Shown here one piece after another: positions 50,959 through 59,595 of a DNA stretch of 64,000 nt. Position numbers and translations under genes: made by a program. The DNA is taken from contig CAJJBG010000013.1 in the NCBI GenBank assembly GCA_905182345.1, positions 14,656-78,655 of the forward strand, read 5' to 3'. The DNA comes from Pelagibacteraceae bacterium AG-422-B15. GTDB lineage: Bacteria; Pseudomonadota; Alphaproteobacteria; Pelagibacterales; AG-422-B15. How positions within the stretch are numbered: position 1 is the first letter of the stretch; each line of letters begins with the position of its first letter. The notes beneath the pieces were generated by a model. The model saw only the letters and a list, made by a program, of their open reading frames with translations, made no database searches and was not told the DNA's origin.

Positions 50959-52248
50959 ATGCAAAATTATCCGAATAGTTACTACTTAGACAGTTTAGAA
51001 AGAAATCTCATTCAACATCCATCTCTAGTAGACAGCCATGAATGTGATTTATGTATTATTGGCGGAGGTTTCACAGGCTTATCTACAGCTATTGAGGCAT
51101 CTAAAAAAGGATTAAAAGTAATTTTACTTGAACAAAATAAAATTGCATGGGGTGCCTCTGGAAGAAATGGTGGTCAAATAGGACCTGATATTTCTAATGG
51201 AGTTGAAAGTTTAGAAAAAAAATATGGTTTTGAAGTTGTTAAGAATTTATGGGATATATCCTTAGATGCAGTTAAATTAATTGATCAAAGAATTGATGAA
51301 TTTAAAATTGAGTGTGATAAAAAAAGTGGTAATTTGTCTGCTGCTACCAGTCAATCAAAAGTAAAAATTTTTGAGAGTGAAATAAATTATTTTCAAAAAA
51401 AATTAAATTACTATTCTTCAAAAATACTTAGTAGAGACGAAGTCTCTGAAGCAGTTGGAACAGATAGATATTTTGGAGGTCACCTATATGAAGAGGGCGG
51501 TCATTTGCATCCCCTAAAATATGCATTAGGCTTAGCAGATGCAGCATTATCACTTAATGTTGAAATATATGAAAATTCTAAAGTCACTAAGATAAATGAA
51601 GAAAAAAATTATGTAGAAGTTTTTACCTCAAATGGATTAGTTAAAGCCAAAAATATTGCACTTTGTTGCAATGCATATTTAGAAGAAATTGATGCGGGTA
51701 TTAAAAGTAAAATTATGCCAATAATAAATTATATGATTGCCACTAAACCAATAAGTAAAGATCTCCAAAAAACTATTCTTCCTAGTGATTACTGTGTGTG
51801 TGATACAAATTTTGATTTAAACTATTATCGACTATCCTCAGATAAACGTATGATTTTTGGCGGTGGGGTTAGCTACTCTCTTAAACATTCTGAAAAACTT
51901 GCTAAAAATACTGAACGAAGAATGCTTAAGGTATTTCCTACGCTGTCTAAAGAAAAAGCAGAATACATTTGGGGAGGTTATGTTGGAATTACAGTGAATA
52001 GAACTCCTGATATAGGCCAATCAAGTCAAAGAATTTTTTATGCCCATGGATTTTCTGGTCATGGAGTCGCACTTACTGGAATTGCCGGTAAGATAATTGC
52101 AAATTCTGTATTTTCGGGAGAAAAAGGTGTTCTTGAAACATTTGAAAAAATTAAACATAGAAATTTTCCTGGTGGAAGATTATTTAGAATGCCTCTTCTT
52201 GTTACAATAAGTGCTTTACAAAAAATGACAGATATTTTTAATGCATAA
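50959..52248 (+). CDS. puuB: FAD-dependent oxidoreductase, PuuB-like (gamma-glutamylputrescine oxidase family)
   Basis: SYY, IIGGGFTGLS, GASGRNGGQ, GHLHPL, YYRLSSDKRMIFGG, GFSGHGV, FPGG.LFR.P; substrate inferred. Confidence 0.7.
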   Translation: MQNYPNSYYLDSLERNLIQHPSLVDSHECDLCIIGGGFTGLSTAIEASKKGLKVILLEQNKIAWGASGRNGGQIGPDISNGVESLEKKYGFEVVKNLWDISLDAVKLIDQRIDEFKIECDKKSGNLSAATSQSKVKIFESEINYFQKKLNYYSSKILSRDEVSEAVGTDRYFGGHLYEEGGHLHPLKYALGLADAALSLNVEIYENSKVTKINEEKNYVEVFTSNGLVKAKNIALCCNAYLEEIDAGIKSKIMPIINYMIATKPISKDLQKTILPSDYCVCDTNFDLNYYRLSSDKRMIFGGGVSYSLKHSEKLAKNTERRMLKVFPTLSKEKAEYIWGGYVGITVNRTPDIGQSSQRIFYAHGFSGHGVALTGIAGKIIANSVFSGEKGVLETFEKIKHRNFPGGRLFRMPLLVTISALQKMTDIFNA

Positions 52249-53104
52249 AATACTTTTTATTGGAATGGGCACTATGGGATATCCAATGGCTGGACATCTA
52301 AGCAAGACTAATAGTGTCACAGTATATAATAGAACTGTTTCTAAGTCTCAAAGCTGGATTAAAGATTACAATGGGCAACTCATTTCAAAATTATCTGAAA
52401 TAGAAAGTCCATTTGATTTTGTTGTTTCATGCATTGGCAATGATGATGATTTAATAGATATTACCACCTCTGAAAACGGCTGTTTTAGATTACTTAACAA
52501 CAATTCGATATTTATTGATCATTCAACAGTGTCTCCTAAATTAGTTAAATCAATCAGCAATGAAGCTTTAAAAGTTGGAATAAAATTTCTTGATGCACCT
52601 ATTTCTGGTGGTGAGGTTGGAGCAATAAATGGGGCATTAAGTATTATGGTTGGTGGTGATTTAAAAAGTTTTGATGACTCAAAAAAATTACTGCAAGCTT
52701 ATGGAAAAAAGATTAAATTTATGGGTCATTCTGGTTCTGGTCAGCTAACCAAGATTATTAATCAGATTTGCATTGCTGGCCTAGTTCAAGGTTTATCAGA
52801 AGCAGTCTACTTTATGAAAAAAACTGACTTAAGTGTGGATGATGTTTTAGAGGTAATTTCTGGAGGTGCAGCACAGTCATGGCAGCTTGATAATCATTTA
52901 AAAACAATGTCAGAAGATAAGTTTAACTTTGGATTTGCTGTTGATTTAATGAGAAAGGATTTAGGCATTGCTTTTGATCAAGCTAAAGAATTTGGAATTG
53001 ATTTAGAGATTACAAAAATAGTTGATAAGTTTTATTTAGAGTTACAAAGGATGGGGCATAATAAACTGGATACCTCAAGCCTGCTTAAAAGATTAACTGA
53101 TTGA
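52241..53104 (+). CDS. beta-hydroxyacid dehydrogenase (3-hydroxyisobutyrate DH family)
   Basis: IGMGTMGYPMA, DAPISGG, GSGQLTKIINQ (catalytic Lys), DLMRKDL. Confidence 0.9.
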   Translation: MHKILFIGMGTMGYPMAGHLSKTNSVTVYNRTVSKSQSWIKDYNGQLISKLSEIESPFDFVVSCIGNDDDLIDITTSENGCFRLLNNNSIFIDHSTVSPKLVKSISNEALKVGIKFLDAPISGGEVGAINGALSIMVGGDLKSFDDSKKLLQAYGKKIKFMGHSGSGQLTKIINQICIAGLVQGLSEAVYFMKKTDLSVDDVLEVISGGAAQSWQLDNHLKTMSEDKFNFGFAVDLMRKDLGIAFDQAKEFGIDLEITKIVDKFYLELQRMGHNKLDTSSLLKRLTD

Positions 53105-54103
53105 ATTAATTTTTTTTGCAATGTCCAAAGCAAAGTAAGTTAAAATAGCATCAGCCCCAGCTCTTTTAAATGATATAAGTTGCTCTAGTACAATCTTTTC
53201 TTCATCTATCCAACCGTTTCCTGCGGCAGCCTTTACCATGGCGTACTCACCAGATACTTGATAAGCAAAGGTTGGAATATTAAATTCTTTTTTTAATCTT
53301 TGAATGATATCAAGGTAGCTAATTCCGGGTTTAACCATTATAAGGTCCGCACCTTCAGAAATATCTAAAGCAGCTTCTCTTAATGCTTCATCAGAGTTTG
53401 CATAATCCATTTGATAAGTTTTTTTATCAGATTTTAGATTACTACCTGATCCAACTGCATCTCTAAAAGGGCCATAAAAACTTGAGGCATACTTTGCTGC
53501 ATAAGATAGCAGCAGTGTATCTTTGAAATTATTATTCTCTAGTGCGTCTCTTATTAATCCGATACGACCATCCATCATATCAGATGGAGCAATAATATCT
53601 GCCTTATGATTTGCAAGAAGAAGAGATTGCTTTACTAAAACTTCATTAGATTCGTCATTTAAAATTTGATTTGAGTCACTTAATAAGCCATCATGGCCAT
53701 GAGAAGTATATGGATCTAAAGCAACATCACACATTATACCTAGATCTAAAGTTTGATCTTTAATTTTCTTTAAAGCCTTGCAAACTAAATTGTCTTCATT
53801 TAAAGCTTCACTTCCATTTTTGTCCTTCTTATTATTTGGTGTATTGGGGAAAAGTGCAATAAGATTTATCTTATTATCTGTTGCTTGATCAGTTACTTCA
53901 TTTAACCGATCAATTGAATATCTATAAACCCCAGGCATTGAGAAAACTTCTTCTTTAATGTTATTGCCATCACAGATAAATATTGGCCAGATTAGATCAT
54001 TAACTGATAATGAGTTTTCACTAACTAGATTTCTAATCCATTGAGATTGCCTATTTCTTCTTAGGCGACTAGCTGGAAAATTTTGTAAATACTTATTCAT
54101 CAT
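53093..54103 (-). CDS. hemB: Porphobilinogen synthase (Zn-independent, Asp-rich type)
   Basis: RLRRNR, DVALDPYTSHGHDG, APSDMMDGR, SSFYGPFRDA, MVKPG, YQVSGEY. Confidence 0.98.
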   Translation of the reverse strand: MMNKYLQNFPASRLRRNRQSQWIRNLVSENSLSVNDLIWPIFICDGNNIKEEVFSMPGVYRYSIDRLNEVTDQATDNKINLIALFPNTPNNKKDKNGSEALNEDNLVCKALKKIKDQTLDLGIMCDVALDPYTSHGHDGLLSDSNQILNDESNEVLVKQSLLLANHKADIIAPSDMMDGRIGLIRDALENNNFKDTLLLSYAAKYASSFYGPFRDAVGSGSNLKSDKKTYQMDYANSDEALREAALDISEGADLIMVKPGISYLDIIQRLKKEFNIPTFAYQVSGEYAMVKAAAGNGWIDEEKIVLEQLISFKRAGADAILTYFALDIAKKINSIS

Positions 54104-54864
54104 TTCTTTTTTGGTAATATAATAAATGCGCTAGTTGTGTCTATATATTCTTTGTAACCTTCTTTAGTGTGTTTAATTTGAGTTTCTAGCATAGATACAC
54201 CAGAAACTTTTAATAAAAAATATGTCATAACAATTGGTGAGACTAATACTATTAATTCAAAAGTAAGACTTAAAGAGTAAATTGATATTCCCCACCAAAA
54301 TAGGCTATTACCAAAATAATTCGGATGTCTTGAATAATTCCATAGACCCAAACTCATAACCTTACCATTATTTATAGTATCTTTTTTAAAGGCTTTTAAT
54401 TGCTTATCGGATAAAGCTTCAATAATTATACCAGCTAAAGCCATGATTGCGCTTAGCCAAGATATAATATTCAATTCTAATTCAATCGCAGAGAGAACGC
54501 TTTGCAGCGGAAGTGATATAATCGCAATTAAAATAGCTTGGATTAAATAATTAATAAAAAATAATCCTACGTTGCCATACTTAGACCTCATCTTTGAATA
54601 TCTGGCATCTTCTGGATGCCCCATATTCCTTATATATAAATATGATCCAAGTCTTATTGCCCATATGCCAACTATAGTAATTAGTATTAAATGAGGAAAA
54701 GATAAATTTTTATTTATCAATAAAAGAGTTAAACAACTTAAAAGGAATGATGGCCCCCAATAGATATCAATTATATCTGCTTTTTTAATGACTAGAGATA
54801 TGCCAAATAAAATTGATACAACTAATAGATTTATTAAAAAAATAATTATAAGGTTTTCAATCAT
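54100..54864 (-). CDS. DUF1295 / steroid 5-alpha-reductase-like membrane protein
   Basis: DIYWG, WAIRLG, EDARY, DKQLKAFK, GLWNYSRHPNYFG, Y..YI.TTSAFI. Confidence 0.88.
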   Translation of the reverse strand: MIENLIIIFLINLLVVSILFGISLVIKKADIIDIYWGPSFLLSCLTLLLINKNLSFPHLILITIVGIWAIRLGSYLYIRNMGHPEDARYSKMRSKYGNVGLFFINYLIQAILIAIISLPLQSVLSAIELELNIISWLSAIMALAGIIIEALSDKQLKAFKKDTINNGKVMSLGLWNYSRHPNYFGNSLFWWGISIYSLSLTFELIVLVSPIVMTYFLLKVSGVSMLETQIKHTKEGYKEYIDTTSAFIILPKKK

Positions 54865-54882
54865 AATACGATATATTTCTTT

Positions 54883-55629
54883 ATGGCCTTTAATTATTTA
54901 AATTCAAATTTTGCTGCATTCGCACATCGAGGTGGCGCATATGACTACGTAGAAAATACATTGGAAGCCTTCGAACAGTCAATCAATTTAGGTTTTAAAT
55001 ACATTGAAATTGATGTTCAGGCTACAAAAGATAATAAATTAGTCATTTTTCATGATCCAGATTTAAAACGTATGTTAAATATGGAAATTGATATTTCATC
55101 TATAAACTATGATGAATTAAGCAATTATAAGATAAATGAAGTTCATAAAATCCCAACTTTTTTAGAAACAGTTTCCTCATGGCCAAACATAAATTTCAAT
55201 ATTGATCCAAAATCCAATAAAGCTGCTGAATTACTAATTGATGAATTAAAAACCTTAGATCGATTAGATAGATTTTGTATCGGCTCCTTTGATACAAAAA
55301 GGCTTAATAAAATTAGAAGTGCCTTCAATAACAAGCTTTGTACCAGCATGAGTACAAATGAAGTTATTAATTTTTATTTATTAAGATTTATAGGGATAAA
55401 CAGCATTAAGATTCCCTGTTTGCAACTACCTTACTACAAAAGTGGATTCAAGGTCATTACTGCTAAGCTGATAAACGATGCCCATAAATTTAATAAAAAA
55501 GTACACGCTTGGACTATTGATGATCCAAAGCAAATTAATGAACTGCTTGATATGGGTATAGATGGAATAATGACAGATAGACCAAATCTTTTAAAATTGG
55601 AATTGGCTAAAAGAGGAATAAATATTTAA
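54883..55629 (+). CDS. Second glycerophosphodiester phosphodiesterase family protein
   Basis: AHRGG, ENT, IEIDV, IFHD, NIDPK, HAWTIDD, DGIMTDRP. Confidence 0.92.
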   Translation: MAFNYLNSNFAAFAHRGGAYDYVENTLEAFEQSINLGFKYIEIDVQATKDNKLVIFHDPDLKRMLNMEIDISSINYDELSNYKINEVHKIPTFLETVSSWPNINFNIDPKSNKAAELLIDELKTLDRLDRFCIGSFDTKRLNKIRSAFNNKLCTSMSTNEVINFYLLRFIGINSIKIPCLQLPYYKSGFKVITAKLINDAHKFNKKVHAWTIDDPKQINELLDMGIDGIMTDRPNLLKLELAKRGINI

Positions 55630-55637
55630 GTTAAGTT

Positions 55638-55665
55638 TAGACATCTAAGTATTTTGAGTTACAAT
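55638..55665 (+). promoter_or_regulatory. Candidate sigma70 promoter for the rpiB-glyA-nrdR-rib-nusB unit
   Basis: TAGACA-N16-TACAAT in the 81-nt gap. Confidence 0.4.
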
Positions 55666-55710
55666 ATTTAGTATTGAAATATCATTCTATTAACTTATAT
55701 GGTAATAAAT

Positions 55711-56133
55711 ATGAAAATTGCAGTTGGATCTGACCATGCTGGCTTTGAACTTAAACAAGCTATTCTTGAGCACCTTTCTGCCAATAACATAAACTTTATT
55801 GACTGTGGGACAAATAGCACTGAGTCAGTTGACTATCCTGATTTTGCAAAAATTGTTGCAGAATCAATAAATGAAAAAGATATTATGATGGGAATATTAG
55901 TTTGTGGAAGTGGACAAGGAATGGCAATGACAGCTAATCGTTATAAACATATACGAGCAGCTTTGTGCTTTAACCAAGAAACTGTGAAAATTACAAGACA
56001 ACATAATGATGCAAACTTATTATGCTTAGGATCTCGGTTTATTAAAAAGTTAGAAGCCTTAAGTTGTGTAGATACTTTTCTATCTACAGATTTTGAAGGT
56101 GACAGACATTTAAAAAGAATTAATAAAATTTAG
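55711..56133 (+). CDS. rpiB: Ribose-5-phosphate isomerase B (start ATG 55711)
   Basis: GSDHAGF, SVDYPD, CGSGQG, HNDAN.L.LG, FEGDRH..RI. Confidence 0.96.
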   Translation: MKIAVGSDHAGFELKQAILEHLSANNINFIDCGTNSTESVDYPDFAKIVAESINEKDIMMGILVCGSGQGMAMTANRYKHIRAALCFNQETVKITRQHNDANLLCLGSRFIKKLEALSCVDTFLSTDFEGDRHLKRINKI

Positions 56134-56145
56134 GAGCTATGCATT

Positions 56146-57408
56146 ATGAGTTTTTTTAGAAGCAGTTTAAGTGAAACAGATAAAGATATAGCAAATACAA
56201 TTGATGATGAGCTAAATAGACAACGGAATCAAATTGAACTAATTGCTTCAGAAAATATTGTTTCAAAAGCAGTACTTGAAGCCCAAGGGTCAATTCACAC
56301 AAACAAGTATGCAGAAGGCTACCCTGGATCTAGATACTATGGTGGCTGTGAATATGTTGATATGGCTGAAGAGCTTGCCATTAGTAGAGTTAAAGAACTA
56401 TATAAATGTAGCTATGCAAATGTGCAGCCACATTCTGGTGCCCAAGCAAATGGTGCTGTTTTTCTTGCGCTACTTCAACCAAATGACACAATTCTTGGAA
56501 TGAGTCTAGATGCGGGTGGACACTTAACTCATGGCGCAGCACCCTCGCAGTCTGGAAAATGGTTTAATGCAGTTCAATATGGCGTTAATGAAAATGGTTT
56601 AATTGATTATGAGCAAGTTGAAGAGTTGGCAAAAAAACATAATCCCAAATTAATCATTGCTGGTGGTAGTGCTTATTCAAGAAAAATAGACTTTAAAAAA
56701 TTTAGAGAAGTAGCTGACTTAGTCGGGGCTTATTTAATGGTTGATATGGCTCATTATTCGGGATTAATTGCTGCAGGAGAGTACCCAAATCCAATAGAGT
56801 TTGCTGATGTTGTTACATCAACTACTCATAAGACTATTCGAGGGCCAAGAGGAGGCATGATTTTATCCAATAATAATGATTTAGGAAAAAAATTTAATTC
56901 TGCTGTTTTCCCAGGTCTACAAGGTGGGCCATTAATGCACGTTATAGCAGCTAAAGCAGTAGCCTTTGGTGAAGCATTAAAACCTGAATTCAAAACTTAT
57001 ATTAAAGCTGTAATTTCCAATGCTCAGATATTAGGAGAAACTTTAATTAAACATGGATTTAATTTAGCTTCAGGGGGAACCGACACTCATTTACTTTTGG
57101 TAGATTTGACTCCAAAAAATTTAACAGGAAATGTTGCCTCAACAAGCTTAGAGAGAGCAAATATTACATGTAATAAAAATAGCATTCCTTTTGATCCAAA
57201 GCCTCCTAAAGTTACCTCTGGCATTAGAATTGGAACACCTGCGGCAACAACCAGAGGTTTCAATAATGATGATTTTATTAAAGTTGGAAATTTAATTGCT
57301 GAAACCCTAGAGGGTCTACAAAAAAATTCAGATGATAATAGTAAAGCAGAAGAAAGTGTGAAAGCTCAAGTAAAAGAACTTTGTGACAAATATCCAATCT
57401 ACAATTAA
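56146..57408 (+). CDS. glyA: Serine hydroxymethyltransferase
   Basis: [48 protein letters not shown]. Confidence 0.99.
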   Translation: MSFFRSSLSETDKDIANTIDDELNRQRNQIELIASENIVSKAVLEAQGSIHTNKYAEGYPGSRYYGGCEYVDMAEELAISRVKELYKCSYANVQPHSGAQANGAVFLALLQPNDTILGMSLDAGGHLTHGAAPSQSGKWFNAVQYGVNENGLIDYEQVEELAKKHNPKLIIAGGSAYSRKIDFKKFREVADLVGAYLMVDMAHYSGLIAAGEYPNPIEFADVVTSTTHKTIRGPRGGMILSNNNDLGKKFNSAVFPGLQGGPLMHVIAAKAVAFGEALKPEFKTYIKAVISNAQILGETLIKHGFNLASGGTDTHLLLVDLTPKNLTGNVASTSLERANITCNKNSIPFDPKPPKVTSGIRIGTPAATTRGFNNDDFIKVGNLIAETLEGLQKNSDDNSKAEESVKAQVKELCDKYPIYN

Positions 57409-57420
57409 GAAAGAAATATT

Positions 57421-57879
57421 ATGAAATGTCCATTTTGCGGTAATGAAGATACTCAAGTAAAAGATTCTAGGTCAACAGAAGACAATTCTGCAATCAGAAG
57501 AAGAAGATTTTGCCTAGACTGTGGTGCGCGCTTTACAACTTTTGAAAGAATTCAATTAAGAGAACTTACTGTAGTTAAGAAAAATGGAAAAAAAGTTCCC
57601 TTTACTAGAGATAAGCTAGAAAGATCTATTCAAATTGCCTTAAGAAAAAGACCTGTAGATCCTGATAGAGTTGATAGAATGATTAGCGGCGTCGTAAGAA
57701 GAATAGAAAGTTTAGGGGAAACAGATATTGCATCAGAAGTTGTTGGTGAGATTGTTATGGAAGGACTGCAAGGCTTAGATTCTGTAGCGTATGTAAGGTT
57801 TGCCTCTGTCTACAAAAATTTTAGAGAAGCTAAAGATTTCGAAGAATTTATTGGTGTAATTAGTGATAATAAGGAGTAG
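57421..57879 (+). CDS. nrdR: Transcriptional repressor NrdR
   Basis: [34 protein letters not shown]. Confidence 0.99.
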   Translation: MKCPFCGNEDTQVKDSRSTEDNSAIRRRRFCLDCGARFTTFERIQLRELTVVKKNGKKVPFTRDKLERSIQIALRKRPVDPDRVDRMISGVVRRIESLGETDIASEVVGEIVMEGLQGLDSVAYVRFASVYKNFREAKDFEEFIGVISDNKE

Positions 57880-57909
57880 AAAATAACTCTGTCTACACAG
57901 AATTTTTTT

Positions 57910-58986
57910 ATGGAACTAGCTTACAGAATGGCGAGTAGAGCAGTTGGAACCACAGCTTCAAATCCACCTGTAGGCTGTATCATCGTTAAAAATAATAAAA
58001 TTATTTCAAGAGGGTGGACACAGCCATTGGGAAGGCCACATGCTGAAATTCATGCCTTGAATGGTGTTAAAGATAAGTCCTTATTAAAAGGCGCTGAGTT
58101 GTTTTGTACTCTTGAGCCTTGTAGTCATTTTGGCAAGACAAACCCTTGTGTTGATAGCATTATCAATGCTGGCATTCGCACAGTTTACATTGGAGATATT
58201 GATAAAAACCCATTAGTTAATGGCAAAGGCATTGAAAAGCTTAAACTTAATAAGGTAAAAGTTTTATTAAATAAGGAACATAAAGGAGTAAGTGATTTAA
58301 ATAAAATTTTTTTCAATTCTAAAATAAATAATAAACCAAATATTACAATTAAGATTGCTTCTACTTTGGATTCTAAAATTGCCACTTTAAGCAGTAAAAG
58401 TAAATGGATTACAAATGAGCTCTCTAGGAGTCATGGTCATTATTTAAGATTTAAATCTGATTCACTGCTTGTAGGTAAAAATACTATTATAATTGATAAC
58501 CCTGACCTTCATTGTCGGTTAGCTGGATTAAGTCCATTTTCCCCAGATATATTTATCTTAGATTCAAATTTAGAAATCCCACTTAACAAAAAAATTTTTA
58601 AGCCTACAAAAAGAAACGTATATATTTTTTATAATAAAAACATTGAGAAAAATAAGTTAAAAAAATATAATAAAAATAAAATAATTTTAATTCCAGTCAA
58701 TTATATAAATAAATCTTTAGATTTAAATGACGTAGCAATCAAAATGTGTGAACTTGGAGCACAAAGAGTTTTAGTCGAAGGCGGTGCTGAGCTTATTACC
58801 CAATTAATTGATAAAAAATTAGTAGATAAGCTTTATTGGTTTAGAGCTAGTAAAATAATTGGAAAAGAAGGCTTAAATGCTGTATCTAATTTAAATATTT
58901 CAAAAATGAGTTCAATAAAAGAATTAAGCTTAGTAAGCAATATGCAAATTCAATCTGATACTCTTGAAATTTATAAAAGAAAGTAA
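57910..58986 (+). CDS. ribD: Bifunctional riboflavin deaminase/reductase (true start may be upstream, see findings)
   Basis: NPPVGC, HAE, TLEPCSHFGKTNPC, STLDSKIA, VEGG. Confidence 0.96.
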   Translation: MELAYRMASRAVGTTASNPPVGCIIVKNNKIISRGWTQPLGRPHAEIHALNGVKDKSLLKGAELFCTLEPCSHFGKTNPCVDSIINAGIRTVYIGDIDKNPLVNGKGIEKLKLNKVKVLLNKEHKGVSDLNKIFFNSKINNKPNITIKIASTLDSKIATLSSKSKWITNELSRSHGHYLRFKSDSLLVGKNTIIIDNPDLHCRLAGLSPFSPDIFILDSNLEIPLNKKIFKPTKRNVYIFYNKNIEKNKLKKYNKNKIILIPVNYINKSLDLNDVAIKMCELGAQRVLVEGGAELITQLIDKKLVDKLYWFRASKIIGKEGLNAVSNLNISKMSSIKELSLVSNMQIQSDTLEIYKRK

Positions 58987-58989
58987 AAT

Positions 58990-59583
58990 ATGTTTTCAGG
59001 TATAGTAGAACAAGTTGGAAAAGTTGTTAAAATAGAAGATAAGGGTGATCAGTGTATTACTATTCAAACAAGTTTTTTAAAAAAAGATCTAAAAGATGGC
59101 AGTTCTATCTGTTGTAATGGTATTTGTCTAACAGTACATACAATTAAAAAGACTGGTAAATTTTTATATTTAAGTTTTGATGTTTCAAATGAAACAATTG
59201 AGTGCACTAACTTTTCAAGTTTAAAGGTAGGTTCAAAAATTAATCTTGAAAAATCACTAAAAGTCGGCGATGAAATTAGTGGGCATTTTGTCTTTGGGCA
59301 TGTTGACACTAAAGTAAAATTAAAATCCATAAGAAAAGTCGGTAAATCCTACATAATAGAATTTTCTCTTCCAAATAAAATTAAGAAATTTCTAACCAAA
59401 AAAGGGTCTATTTCTATTAATGGAATATCATTAACTGTCAATAAGGTTACAAAAGACAGTTTTTATGTAAATATCGTTGATTACACTTGGAATCATACAA
59501 ATTTTAAAGATATTAAGATTAGAGACATAGTTAATATTGAAGTTGATATGTTAGCAAGATATGTTACGAGTTCAAAAAATTAA
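58990..59583 (+). CDS. ribE: Riboflavin synthase (alpha chain)
   Basis: MFSGIVE, GSSICCNGICLT, NLEKSL, GHFVFGHVD, GISLTVN, NIEVD. Confidence 0.97.
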   Translation: MFSGIVEQVGKVVKIEDKGDQCITIQTSFLKKDLKDGSSICCNGICLTVHTIKKTGKFLYLSFDVSNETIECTNFSSLKVGSKINLEKSLKVGDEISGHFVFGHVDTKVKLKSIRKVGKSYIIEFSLPNKIKKFLTKKGSISINGISLTVNKVTKDSFYVNIVDYTWNHTNFKDIKIRDIVNIEVDMLARYVTSSKN

Positions 59584-59595
59584 TTATATGTATTT

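Noticed and set aside
55630-57909. FMN or glycine/THF riboswitch for the glyA-rib run
   Set aside because: Gaps of 81, 12, 12 and 30 nt are too short and lack the conserved motifs
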